From assembly GCA_963514005.1 (NCBI GenBank), contig OY740808.1, positions 30,194,001 through 30,258,000 on the forward strand: a DNA stretch of 64,000 nt, read 5' to 3'. A model generated the notes under the pieces. It was not told where the DNA came from. It did no database searches and worked only from the letters and a program-made list of their open reading frames with translations. The stretch is from Raja brachyura (lineage: Eukaryota). The translations under genes were made by a program, and so were the position numbers. This document shows positions 38,435 through 49,442 of the stretch, in pieces; the first letter of the stretch is position 1, and every line of letters begins with the position of its first letter.

Positions 38435-39984
38435 GGCCATTATCCTTTTGCCTTATCCAGTGGCTGTCGGTTAACCCCCTTGGAGAGAGAATGTCCTCCA
38501 ACGCTGCAGGGAGAGGTTCTGCGGAATTCCAGAGGGTGGATTTGTGAAGTGCGATAGAAATAAGATCAAATTAATGTTCATAAAAGAGCGATGCCTGACC
38601 GCTATTTTGACAGAATTCTAGATTAATTCATTGGTAGAATACTTAACAATTTATACACAGTTTATACAGCCAGTGCTTTGTTCGCTTTTTCTTTATCACA
38701 AATGACCTTTGACAAATCCCATGATCCTTTGCGTTTTTCGGAATACCGAACTTGCTTACTGTGTGACAAGTAATAGCAAGAGAATGAATACATGCCTAGA
38801 AATTGGACTGCATCTGTTGTGGAGCCCAAAAATTGCTTTAGTGACCTCAGCAAACACCTCCCCACACACACACACACACACGCACTCTTCAGTGTCTAGT
38901 GGTCTACATCCAGAAACAAGAGTTAAAATTATATGATTCTGGATGGGGCTTCATTCAATATATAGAGCGCCCAATATTTCACTGTGCAGCAATCATTGAA
39001 GGTAGCCAGTCCTTGAGGGCACACACCTCACCACAACCACAGATATTTATCGCTGCCAAGGAAAGGAGAAACAATGCACATTGACTCAAGGTGATATGCA
39101 AGTCCATGAGATGTATGCCAGGGGAAGGTCCAAGGAATGCCAGCAGGACCAGGAGATCTGCCAAGGTCACCTGGCAGGCACTGATTCTTGCAATCTTCCC
39201 CAGCAGTGGGAACAATCACAATGGAAAATCATGTCCTCACAACATATATGTACTCCACACATTCTTTACACTTGCAGTGTGTAGAGCATCTTACTGGAAA
39301 CATAGTTTATACATTGATCCCAGTTCTTTACGCAAGGTGCCAATCATAAAGCAGCACAAAGATGCAGCAATTTAAGTCATGGAACAGGGACTCAATGACT
39401 CATGTGTTACATTCAAAATAGGTGTAAAAGTTAGTGCTATTTGGACTCACCACCTGATTATCGATATACTATTTTGTTGGCAATAACTGGATTGCATTGG
39501 GTTGTATGATTTTGTAAGCTCTTTCAGAGAACCTTCCCATTTTTACTCCTGTGTTGCTTGTGCTGGCAATCTTTCCTTTGATTTGGCTAAGAGATGAAAT
39601 TGTGGATACTTTCCAGGGCCATCAGCCTAGTAGGCTGTTTCCTTTTGTTCTTCTTGCCCCTATGGGCTTTCAAGTTCCAGTGCTCCTTGCTGCTCTTCCT
39701 CTGGCACTGTCTACTGTTCACAATTTTCAAGACTGAGTGGCATGATGCACACAACAATGAAGTCTCTGTAGTTGTCCTCAAAGTACTGCAGGGTGTCCCC
39801 AGAACGATGTAGACACAATCCTATCTCAAGGATACCAAGTGGACTATATTGGTACGTATGAGTCTCATTGTATCTGAACTCAACTGTTGTAGTTGAAAAA
39901 CATGCTGGTGTGGGTAGTACCAGATGTAGAAGGTAGTCTTGTACCCAAGGTCCATGCTGCCCATGGTGCTGGGTGCTGAAAATC

Positions 39985-40277
39985 TTTAGTTTAGTTTATT
40001 TTAGCTTACAGATACAGCGAGGAAATCAGCCCTTCGGCCCACCGAGTCCCCACCGACTATTGATCATCCTGCACACCAGCACTATCCTACATACCAGGGA
40101 GTTTACAATTCTTACTGAAGCCAATTAACCTACAAACCCGGAAGTGTAGGTGGAAACTGGAGTACCTAGAGGAAACCCACGAGGTCACAGGGAGAATGTA
40201 CAAACTCCGTACAGACAGCACCCGTAGTTAGGATCGGATCTAACGCTGTAAGGCAGTAACTCTACCACAGCGCCGCC
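39985..40277 (-). mobile_element. V-SINE (HE1-like)
   Basis: (TTTAG)n tail, GCCAATTAACCTACAAAC V-domain, head ending ...CACAGCGCCGCCC. Confidence 0.85.
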
Positions 40278-40419
40278 CAACTGGTAGTCAGGTTTCCTTA
40301 AAGATAAAGGAGTAATGCGTTTTTAATGGAAACTCTACCTTCACAATGAGGAAATTCTTCATGTGATCCACCACAAGCAGCTCCATGAAACTATAATGAA
40401 AACCTCCAGGTTCATAATA

Positions 40420-40480
40420 AGAGTCTTTATGGCTGTACACATCAACAATGAGAGTCTTTATGGCTGTACACATTAACAAT
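40420..40480. repeat. 31-bp-period tandem duplication
   Basis: AGAGTCTTTATGGCTGTACACAT(C/T)AACAAT, two copies. Confidence 0.9.
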
Positions 40481-40757
40481 TTACTTTAATGCACCAGTAC
40501 AGCTTTAGGCCATCTTAGAAAAATGAGGTTTGAAAATGCAAACCCAAAAACCTACATAAACCTTCAGTCTATCGGACAGCGACGATCCCTACCTTCCTGA
40601 CACCTGGACCACTTAAAGCAAGCAACTCAAAATACAAGAGACAAATCAATGCTGGTTCTCTGAATTTGCAAACAGGAGTGGATCAATTTCAGTGTCCTTT
40701 CCTAAGCAAATCTCAGGGTTGAAGTCCAGGTTAAATTCAGTCAACAGGTCTGATCTA

Positions 40758-41259
40758 TGAATGAATGTTTTATTGTCACATGTGACAAGTCACAGTGAAA
40801 TTCTTTGCTTGCATACCCACAGTAGTCGCCATATAAGGACGCTGACAAAGTTATAAGATAAACACAGTCCCCCCACGCCAGATCCTCCGGTGTTCCTTCC
40901 CTCAGCAGCGGTGTCCTCACTCAACGTGGTCCGTCTCGTCCGTCGGTCGGTCGGTCGGCGCCATCACCCCGGCATCTCTCCACTAATGCTGACGGGTCCT
41001 CTCTGGATGCTCCGTGGTGCTGACCCATGCCCCAGCCACATGGCTCTGTCGATTCGTGGCGTCTGACCTTGGCCGCGGGCTCCGCCGACCCAGGCTCCGT
41101 TGGCCGCGGGCTCTGACCTCGTCGACTCTGCACCGCGGGGCCTCTGGCCTCGCCAATCATGTAGTCTTTGGCCTCGCCGCCCCTGACCCGCGGTGGCTCC
41201 GGCCTTGGCTACTCCGCGGCTCAACGGGAGGCGGCGCAGCAGCAGCTCGCTGGCAGGCA
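40758..41259 (-). mobile_element. GC/CpG-rich non-autonomous retroposon with LINE-type 3' stem-loop and (CATT)n tail
   Basis: 7-bp TSD TGATCTA (40751-40757 and 41260-41266); palindrome TTGTCACATGTGACAA next to AATAAA; no coding signature. Confidence 0.7.
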
Positions 41260-41299
41260 TGATCTACACCAAGCTACTGAAATAGACAATCTATTTGTA

Positions 41300-42203
41300 T
41301 AGAGTTATAGAGTGATACAGTATGGAAACAGGCCCTTCAGCCCAACTCGCCCACACTGGCCAAAAATATCCCAGCTACATCCCACTTGCCTGCGCTTGAT
41401 CCATATCCCTCCAAACCTGTCCTTTCCATGTACCTGTCTAACTATCTCTTAAACAATGGGAAAGTCCCAGCCTCAACTACCTCCTCTGGCAGCTTGTTCC
41501 ATACACCCACCACCCTGTGTGTGAAAAAGTTATCCCTCGGATTCCTATTATATCTTTTCCCCTTCACCTTGAACCTATGTCCTCTGGTCCTAGATTCCGC
41601 TGCTCTGGGCAATAGACTCTGTCCATCTACCCAATCTATTCCTCTCATGATTTTGTACACCTCTATAAGATCCCCCTCATCCTCCTGTGCTTTATGGAGT
41701 AGAGACCCAGCCTACTCTATCTCCCCTATAGCTCACACCCTCTCGTCCTGGCAACATCCTTGTAAATCTTTTCTGAACCCTTTCAAGCTTGACAATATCT
41801 TTCCTATAACATGGTATCCAGAACTGACACAGTATTCTAAATGTGGTCTCACCAATGTCTTATATAACTACAACATGACCTCCCAACCTCTCTACTCAAT
41901 TCTCTGACTGATGAAGGACAAAATGCCAAAAGCCTTTTTGACCACTTTATCTACCTGCGACTCGACCTTCAAGGAACCATGCACCTGTACTCTTAGATCC
42001 CTCTGATCTACAACACTACCCAGAGGCCTACCATTTACTGTGTAGGTCCTACCCTTGTTCAACACCCAATAGGCAACATCTCACACTTCTCTGTATTAAA
42101 TTCCATCAACCATTTCTCTGCCCACCTGGCGAATCAATCCAGATCCTGCTGCAATCATTCACAACCATCTTCACTATCTGCAAAATCACTAACTTTTGTA
42201 TCA
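41300..42203 (-). mobile_element. CR1 LINE 3' 0.9 kb
   Basis: MYKIMRGIDWV...RTRGHRFKVKGKRYNRN..NFFTHRVVGVWNKLPEEVV, upstream DDTK-like motif, CTCTATAA tail. Confidence 0.92.
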
Positions 42204-42467
42204 TAATCTCTGTTACAGGATGAGATTACCAGACAAAGAGAGGACTCAGGTCACCTTCTTTCCCTCATGGAAAAGGAAATAGATGAAATAATTTCATTAG
42301 ATAACCTCTCTGACATAACAGTATTGGTATTTTATAGCCATGTGCACCAAGGTACAATAAAACATTTTGCCAGTAAGCAGCAAATTGGAAGATGTGGTAG
42401 AGATCCAACGCAACCACTTATTAAGATCTGTGACCTTGAGCTCCACGAACGACACATGCCAGGTGTG

Positions 42468-42566
42468 GGTTACACAAAAAGCTGGAGAAACTCAGCGGTG
42501 CAGCAGCATCTAAGGAGCGAAGGAGATAGGCGACGTTTCGGGTCGAGACCCTTCTTCAGACTGGTG
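42468..42566 (-). mobile_element. Young Penelope-derived half-element with 13-bp TSD
   Basis: Flanked by CATGCCAGGTGTG at 42455-42467 and 42567-42579. Confidence 0.88.
42532..42559 (-). ncRNA. Minimal (Penelope-type) hammerhead ribozyme motif
   Basis: Minus strand CTGAAGA-A-GGGT(CTCG)ACCC-GAAACGTC: core, stem II and palindromic ACGT in place of stem III. Helix I is weak, so activity is unproven. Confidence 0.6.
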
Positions 42567-42788
42567 CATGCCAGGTGTGAATGCATAGCCAACGTGTTCT
42601 TGCAGAATATCTCATTTCATTGATGACAGCCTTGGAAAACCTGACCTGCTAATGTATTGTTGCCCAGAGGGCTGGTACGATGTGGTTCCACTGAGAATTG
42701 TGTGGGAGCAAATATTCATTGATTACTCTGAACCTCCAGAAGCAGCCAGTCATTACCATAGTCTCAAAAGGAGCACTGTTAGGAGTGT

Positions 42789-43006
42789 GGGTTACACAAA
42801 AAGCTGGAGAAACTCAGCGGGTGCAGCAGCATCTAAGGAGTGAAGGAGATAGGCGACGTTTCGGGTCGAGACCCCCAGTCTGAAGAAGGGTCTTGAACCG
42901 AAACGTCGCCTATCTCCTTCGCTCCTTAGATGCTGCTGCACCCGCTGAGTTTCTCCAGCTTTTTGTGTAACCCTCGATTCTCCAGCATCTGCAGTTCCTT
43001 CTTTAA
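42789..43006 (+). mobile_element. Young palindromic Penelope-derived element (inverted pLTR + pLTR + 33-bp tail)
   Basis: Hairpin 42789-42973; hammerhead motif CTGAAGA at 42880; tail TCGATTCTCCAGCATCTGCAGTTCCTTCTTTAA; TSD CACTGTTAGGAGTGT at 42774-42788 and 43007-43021. Confidence 0.9.
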
Positions 43007-43079
43007 CACTGTTAGGAGTGTCATTGCTAAGAGCATCTCAGGAAATAAACGCTGGAGAAAACCATCCCTGTCATCAAGG

Positions 43080-43210
43080 AAATTTGGAACTGCAGATGCT
43101 CGTTTACAAAACAAAGACACAAAGTGCTCCAGTCAGCATCAGCGGGTCAGGCAATATCTCTGGAGAACATGCACAGGTAATGTTTCAGGTCAGGACCCTT
43201 CTTCTGACTG
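43080..43210 (-). mobile_element. Older Penelope-derived element with tail, 10-bp TSD
   Basis: GTCATCAAGG at 43070-43079 and 43211-43220; GGAACTGCAGATGCT...GGTCAGGACCCTTCTTCTGACTG. Confidence 0.8.
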
Positions 43211-44077
43211 GTCATCAAGGTGTACTCCCAACTACGGTGTCCAAACTGTCCTCCATCAGTTTTGAAATTGCCGAGTCAGGCTTTGGGATGTCAGCCAAAT
43301 AGCAATAAAATATTTCAACGTATTATTTCTGGTAGATTCAGATGTTGCAATATGATTGTAGCGTCCAACTTTGTATTCCAAATCACATCGACATGAGGTG
43401 TGACATCATCAGTGAGCGTCTGATACCAGTAGTAGTCAGGAGTACGGACCGAGCAGCATATAAAAGTATGTCCCGGTTTCACGGCTGGCCTGATTTCATC
43501 TAGAAATAAATGGCCGTGTGATCTGCTCTGGGCAAAGTTAAATTTTGCATGATTGGTGTCTATGGAAAGAATGCTGTACAAGTTCAGTTTCCTATTGAAT
43601 AATCAATAGCTAGTAGTTGATAGTTTGCGTTATTTTTACATTTACCAAGATACAGTGAAAAGCTTTTTTTGTTGTGTGCTATCTAGTCAGCGAAAATACC
43701 ATAAATACTATCAAGCTGTCCATAGTGTACAGATACAGGACAAAGGGAATAATGTTTAGTGTAAGATAGAGTCCAATATAGTAAATCCATATTCATCCCA
43801 GATACACATAAAGGAAGAAAATACTTTTCAGTTCTCTCTTCCAACATATGTCCCAAATTGTTTTTTTATTCCATAAAATGAAGAGGAACTTAGCTTTTGA
43901 AATACCTTATGGGTGGCTCATAGTTCCCTATTAGGTAAATTCACTGTTGCTGTTCCTGTTAAACTGTGTTTTGACTTTCCAGAAGTCTCATCAAATTCAT
44001 TTCTAAAGTTGCACTGATATAAAGAATGATTCATGATTTTTAAAAGGAAGTAATTAAGTGAGCTTTTTTCAAATGTG

Positions 44078-44388
44078 AAACATAGAAACATAGAAAATAG
44101 GTGCAGGAGTAGGCCATTTGGCCCTTCGAGCCTGGGCCGCCATTCAATATGATCATGGCTCATCATCCAACTCAGTAGCCCGTACCTGCCTTCTCTCCAT
44201 ACCCCCTGATCCCCTTAGCCACATGGGCCACATCTAACTACCTCTTAAATAAAGCCAATGAACTACCTTCTGTGGCAGAGAATTTCAGAGATTCACCACT
44301 CTCTGTGTGAAAAATGTTTTTCTCATCTCGGTCCTACAAGACTTCCCCCTTATCCTTAAACTGTGACCCGTTGTTCTGGACTACCCCA
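44078..44388 (-). mobile_element. CR1/HER1 LINE 3' end
   Basis: (AAACATAG)2 tail; near-identical to 3570-3838; possible GTGAA TSD. Confidence 0.9.
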
Positions 44389-45424
44389 GTGAAGTAGTAG
44401 CTTGAATAAAAATTAATCTTTAAATTTAAGCAAATAAATTATTTTTTGCCTCTGAATCGATTTTGGGTTTATTTTACATTCCATACCTGCATCACAGTTT
44501 TCCCTTACATATTCCTTTTTCTAAATTTTATGTTCCCCAATCAATGATCTTGGCCTGAATTTTACCAGGAATTACCAGCATGACTGCATGGAACTAATGG
44601 TACTGCTTAACATGATGTCAGTAAGCTTGCTGCTGCTGGGCACCTCATGAACTCCACCTGCTACGAAACAGCTTGTTTAGATACCTCAACATTTGCACTG
44701 GTGAATCTGCCAGGTCGGACCTGGTACCTGAGCAGAGCACCACCCAATTGCTTGTATGGTGATTACCAGCATTGCTAAGAAAAAGCCAAGGTTATAGTGC
44801 TACATTTTTTTAATTATTTGTTTTGTTTCATAATGTTAATTATTTGAAAGACTTACATTTTTTATTTTTTGTCCTTCATTTGAAAAATAATAATTTAAAA
44901 ATAATTTAATTATTTAATTCAAGTAGATGTTAGAAGCTAACTTCAAAGCCACTGAGACACTTGGTAGGTGTGACTTTGCCAGCTGATAGGCTTCCAAAGG
45001 AGAAATGCACCAGAGCTTTTTCTGGCCCACCCATATTTTCCCTCTATTTTATTCAAGTCCTTGCCAGTGCTCAGGGCATTGCAGTTCTGTACACCTACAT
45101 CACGAGATTTGGGTTTCTGCATCTGTACAAGTTCATGAGAATGGGCAATGTATGAGGCTGCCCTAGGCAGCAGTTGCTACCAAGGACCATCTGGTCTTTT
45201 ATGGATTACATTTAGTTGCTACAATATAAATAAATCAAATCTGAAAAATGCACCGACTTTTTTTTAACCAAAATACAGTATAAAGTTTGTGAAAAGCATC
45301 CAGATAATATAATGCAATGCAAATATTTTGGAATTGGGGATCAGGAACTGGTAACAACTATGTGGAAGACAACTACATTAAAATGACAATAGGAAAAACA
45401 TGGCATGCTGAAATACTGTAAATA

Positions 45425-45740
45425 TCAAATACTAGAGGGAACATCTATAAAGTGAGAAGGGTAAAGTTTAAAGAAGATGTGCGGAGCAAGTATTTTTACC
45501 CAGAGGGAGCTGGGTACCTGGGATGCGCTGCTAGGTGTGGTGGCGGAGGCAGATACGATAGTTGTATTTAAGAGACTGGTGGATAGGTACATGAATGTGC
45601 AGGGAGTGGAGGGATATGAATTATCTGCGTGGATATAAGAGTTGGTCTTGACTTCATATTTCGGCACAGACTTGTGGGCCGAGTTACTCCAGCATTTTGT
45701 GTCTATCTTGTGGGCTGAAGAGTCTATATCTGTTCTATGT
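45425..45740 (+). mobile_element. CR1 LINE 3' end containing a 24-bp Penelope-derived stub (45683-45706)
   Basis: CR1 3' sequence; stub GTTACTCCAGCATTTTGTGTCTAT between CTTGTGGGC(C/T)GA repeats at 45671-45682 and 45707-45718. Confidence 0.75.
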
Positions 45741-46565
45741 GAGATGGATGATGTATGCATGGCACAAACATATACAGAGAGAAGACAAGTTTGCAAACAC
45801 ATGCAAGTTTGACATATGCATCGATTAGATGGGGTCATTCATTATCTATATAACATTTTATAATAAATCCTTATTGCTGGAAAAAAAAATCTATTTTCAT
45901 TTGAATTATTTTATAGAATCAGGTACAGGCTAAACTTCAGTTGAATATTGATTTTATGTCAGACATATCTCCTGATGTGACAAACCATCAATTCTTCTAA
46001 TTGTGCAGATCACTAGTGCTACTTTACTTTTCTAGTGCTGAAGTAAAACAGTATATTGTGCCTACTAGCAGTAGTTATGTTTGTTTAAAAATAAAAGAGA
46101 ACTAAGCAAATGCTTCAATCATAAAAAAAACCCATGACATATTTGTTCACTTTATCTTCAAATTAACTGCAATAGTAGAATGGAAATGCATACTAGTTTG
46201 TCTTTGGAGATATCCGCAAATATTCACATTCACTGTTTTGAAAACTGGTGCCCATGTACATATACACGGGATGGTCTAGTCAAAGCTTGCTTTATGAACC
46301 AATTTAATCATTAGAAGATCTTCTCTGGATAAACACAAACCTACAAGTCGACAGAATGGCAAGTGCGGACCCTGGAAATTCTGGACCATTGCTATAATCC
46401 AATTCAAAATATCAGTGCATATCATATCATGCTGTAAACATATAATTATATAGTCAACAAATCCTGTCTGTGCCGCAGATTATTTCCAGCATTTTCTGTT
46501 CTTATTCAATACCTTCAATTTTTTTTAACAAATTGACAAGCTCATTACATTATAATAACTTTACT

Positions 46566-46740
46566 GTCAAGTCAAGTGAAGTCAAGTTTATTCGTCACAT
46601 ACACATACGGGATGTGCAGTGAAATGAAAAGTGGCAGTTCCCGCCGGACTTTGTGCAAAGAACAAACAAACACACAACCAACATACTACAAACACATGTA
46701 GAATCACATGTTATTTTCCATAATAAAATATTGTGGGCGG
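46566..46740 (-). mobile_element. LINE 3'UTR/tail fragment (Rex1/Babar-like)
   Basis: (GTCAA)n tail followed by TTTATTCGTCACATAC...GTGCAGTGAAAT. Related tails at about 26935-27010, 43620-43780, 51001-51100 and 53385-53522. Confidence 0.55.
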
Positions 46741-47909
46741 GTATTTTGGTACAGTAACTGTTGTACAGTACTGTATACTCTTGTTGTTGTCATTGGCACC
46801 AATTCTTTTCATTTATTTTAAACAGTTATAGATCCCAAAAGAGTAGATGGTCATTTTTCTTTTCAAAAAAGCATTGTTAACAGTTGAATATTCCTGTCAA
46901 AATAACAGCATGGGTAATGGCACCAGCTACTCTATTTGCAAATGCTACAACTTCAGGCAAGGAACAGATGTGTAGTTAAACAAAAAGAAAACAAAGCTGC
47001 TATTTAAGTTCTGTTGCTGCACCATTAGTTTTGTGCAAAAGGAATCTTGCTGTTTGGCTTATTCCTGAAGGAATTAAGTTCTTCTAAAGGCACGCTAGAT
47101 ATAAAATAAGTTCACCGTAGGTAGTCATGTTTGGTCCATTCCAGGCTCAGTACCCTTAATAACAACAGAATCAAGCAGTAACAAGCTATAGTTATTTTTT
47201 GTTTTGGTGCTGAAAATTAACCATGATTTCTATGAAAAGGCAAATTTATGCTCAATACAATTTAAACGTAATTTTTCCTGGTAAGCATTTTTTCACGCTC
47301 TGTTAACTCTATATTTCCCTTACTTTTATTTTCTGTACCTGATTCTGCATTGAATTTGCACAAATCATTTGCACCTTTTTTGGTGTTGTGGTACTCATTT
47401 TCCAATTTTATAAATCTGACCGTACAGGATATGCAGCCAGTAACACCTGCACTTTTAGCATCTGCCATCCAAGAATTTAAAAACCTTAAAGTGCAAAAAT
47501 AAATATAACTAATGGCAGATGCCTTGCCACTGAATGCCCAGCATTAGCAAAACATCAAAAATCACTATATTATTATTACTATTATTATTACTACTTATTA
47601 CTTCTTCACCAGCTTTAGTAGAAAGTTAACTCTAAAACCTTCAAAGGCCAGTTTTTGTCATTTCTTTGGGAGTTATAAACAAAATAGTGAAGGCAGGACA
47701 AATTCTGCATCTCCATCCTTAAAAAAAGACAAATTGCTTAATGTTGCATTTATAAATCTAGTCTTAAGTACACGATATAGCAAAAAGTCATTTTAATGTC
47801 GAAGAGTGAACATTTACTTCTAATTATATGCACTCTATGCAACTGCAGAATGATTTTGAAATAAAATATAGAATAAAACTATACCTACTTTTAAAATGAT
47901 AAATAGTGA

Positions 47910-47980
47910 TTAATCTTCTCCTTCCACATCATCCATAATTTCATCCAGGATTTCGACCCGTTTCTTCTTATTTGGTGAAT
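47910..47980 (-). CDS. Probable terminal coding exon of an unidentified host gene: (x)SPNKKKRVEILDEIMDDVEGED*
   Basis: Acceptor ttattctttctgtgtgttcattcacaatag; purine-rich open frame with an NLS-like KKKR and an acidic tail ending in TAA; followed by TE-free AT-rich UTR-like sequence. Confidence 0.65.
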
Positions 47981-48360
47981 CTATTGTGAATGAACACACA
48001 GAAAGAATAAAGGGAATTTAATAGAAGATATGAATTTGAAGACAATCAATATGCAATAATTAAATTTGATTAGCCCCCACACCCCATTTCTTGAATCTCA
48101 TTTGCTCAGCAGTAATAAATAGGCCATCCATACAATAGGCTGGGAAATTGGATTTGGGGAGTAGTAATAGTGGGATGCCTAGAAATAGAACAGTAAGCAG
48201 CAAAGCATGAACTGTCTATCATTTACATCATTAACACCAACAATAGACTGGCATGCTCCTGCAGATGAGCGACTGATTAAACCAATGGCTATTAATGCTA
48301 GGGCACAATGATAGATTTAAATTTTAAGGTGAAGGAAAGAAATGAAAATTAAATACATAC

Positions 48361-48418
48361 AACTAGGTTTCTCATTGTTCAAGGGCAGCTTCAGTATGCG
48401 GGTCATTTTTGAGAAATT
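48361..48418 (-). CDS. Candidate penultimate exon NFSKMTRILKLPLNNEKPS(Y)
   Basis: cctttatcttaag / GTATGT boundaries. The only open frame ends in phase 1, matching the terminal exon. Confidence 0.35.
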
Positions 48419-49442
48419 CTTAAGATAAAGGTATTAAATGGTTATGATGCTATTTTTAAATTGTAAAATTATGCAGGCACTTTTGTAATTAATTACATAC
48501 AACCATCACGACATCTTATTTGGAATAACATTGTGAAGAATCTTAAAAAGATTCAGATCATTTATAAATGGCATTTAGTTTCCCCAGTTGTTACACTTCC
48601 AATTTAATAAACACAAATTATGAATACATTAATTTTCCTTTATTTGATAATAACTGAATTTCTAAAATAAGTAAATAAGCCACTACTTTAAAAGGTAAAA
48701 TAATGCACACATATTGATGTATATATGCACATAAACAACACTGCACATAATGCTGCATGCTGATAATATGATGCACAAATCATGCCCAACTTTTTTTTTT
48801 AACCCAATAAATCATTAAGTTTTTATTAAATGAGACACAAAGTCAATGCTAACTAAAATGCAGGAACTGTATAGACATATTATTCTTAATCTTATGTTTC
48901 CATTTATGGCTTGTCTTATCTTCTAATTCATTTGATGCAATGGATGCTGTATTCAGTTTTTAGTACAAACCTTCTCGTTCCAGCATTCAAAAGCAACTAG
49001 CAATACTATTCTTGCAAGCAGTCAGTAATTATGTGTGCGTGAACAAGATAAATGCAATTTCCAGCATGTACTGCTGCTAAAGGAACCTTTTCTCAGAAGT
49101 GAGGCAGACAGTAGAGCTTGAGAATGATTTAATCAGAATTAGCTACTTTTTTGATACAGAATAAAAAGTTCACTAATAGAAACAGGCAGGGTTTTGAAGT
49201 ACAGGTAGGTTTTATTTTAGAAAAAGAATGATCAGATGTGATTTCCATTTAAAAAGAGGAGGTTTTCTTAGTTTATTCAGGTAACAATAATTGTTTAAAG
49301 ATAGGGAATTACGTAAAGATATATCATTTGGATTAACAATGTGTTCCTATCTTTAAAAGTCAAATTCTTAAACGACTTCACAATTATTGCATGTCACATG
49401 CTGGGAATTGATTTTATCTTATTCATGCACAAATAATTACTA

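Noticed and set aside
37898-38547. ORFs of 180 and 116 aa
   Set aside because: GC-rich direct-repeat region; repeated peptides, no domain and no splice support.
39000-39960. Possible ancient RTE-type LINE (also 43020-43580)
   Set aside because: Only faint motif resemblance; too decayed to call without an HMM search.
40921-41262. Overlapping ORFs and possible CpG-island promoter
   Set aside because: Lies inside a TSD-bounded retroposon.
48501-48541. Second aag/GTATGT-bounded mini-exon candidate on the minus strand
   Set aside because: Joining it to 48361-48418 creates TAA; no independent support.
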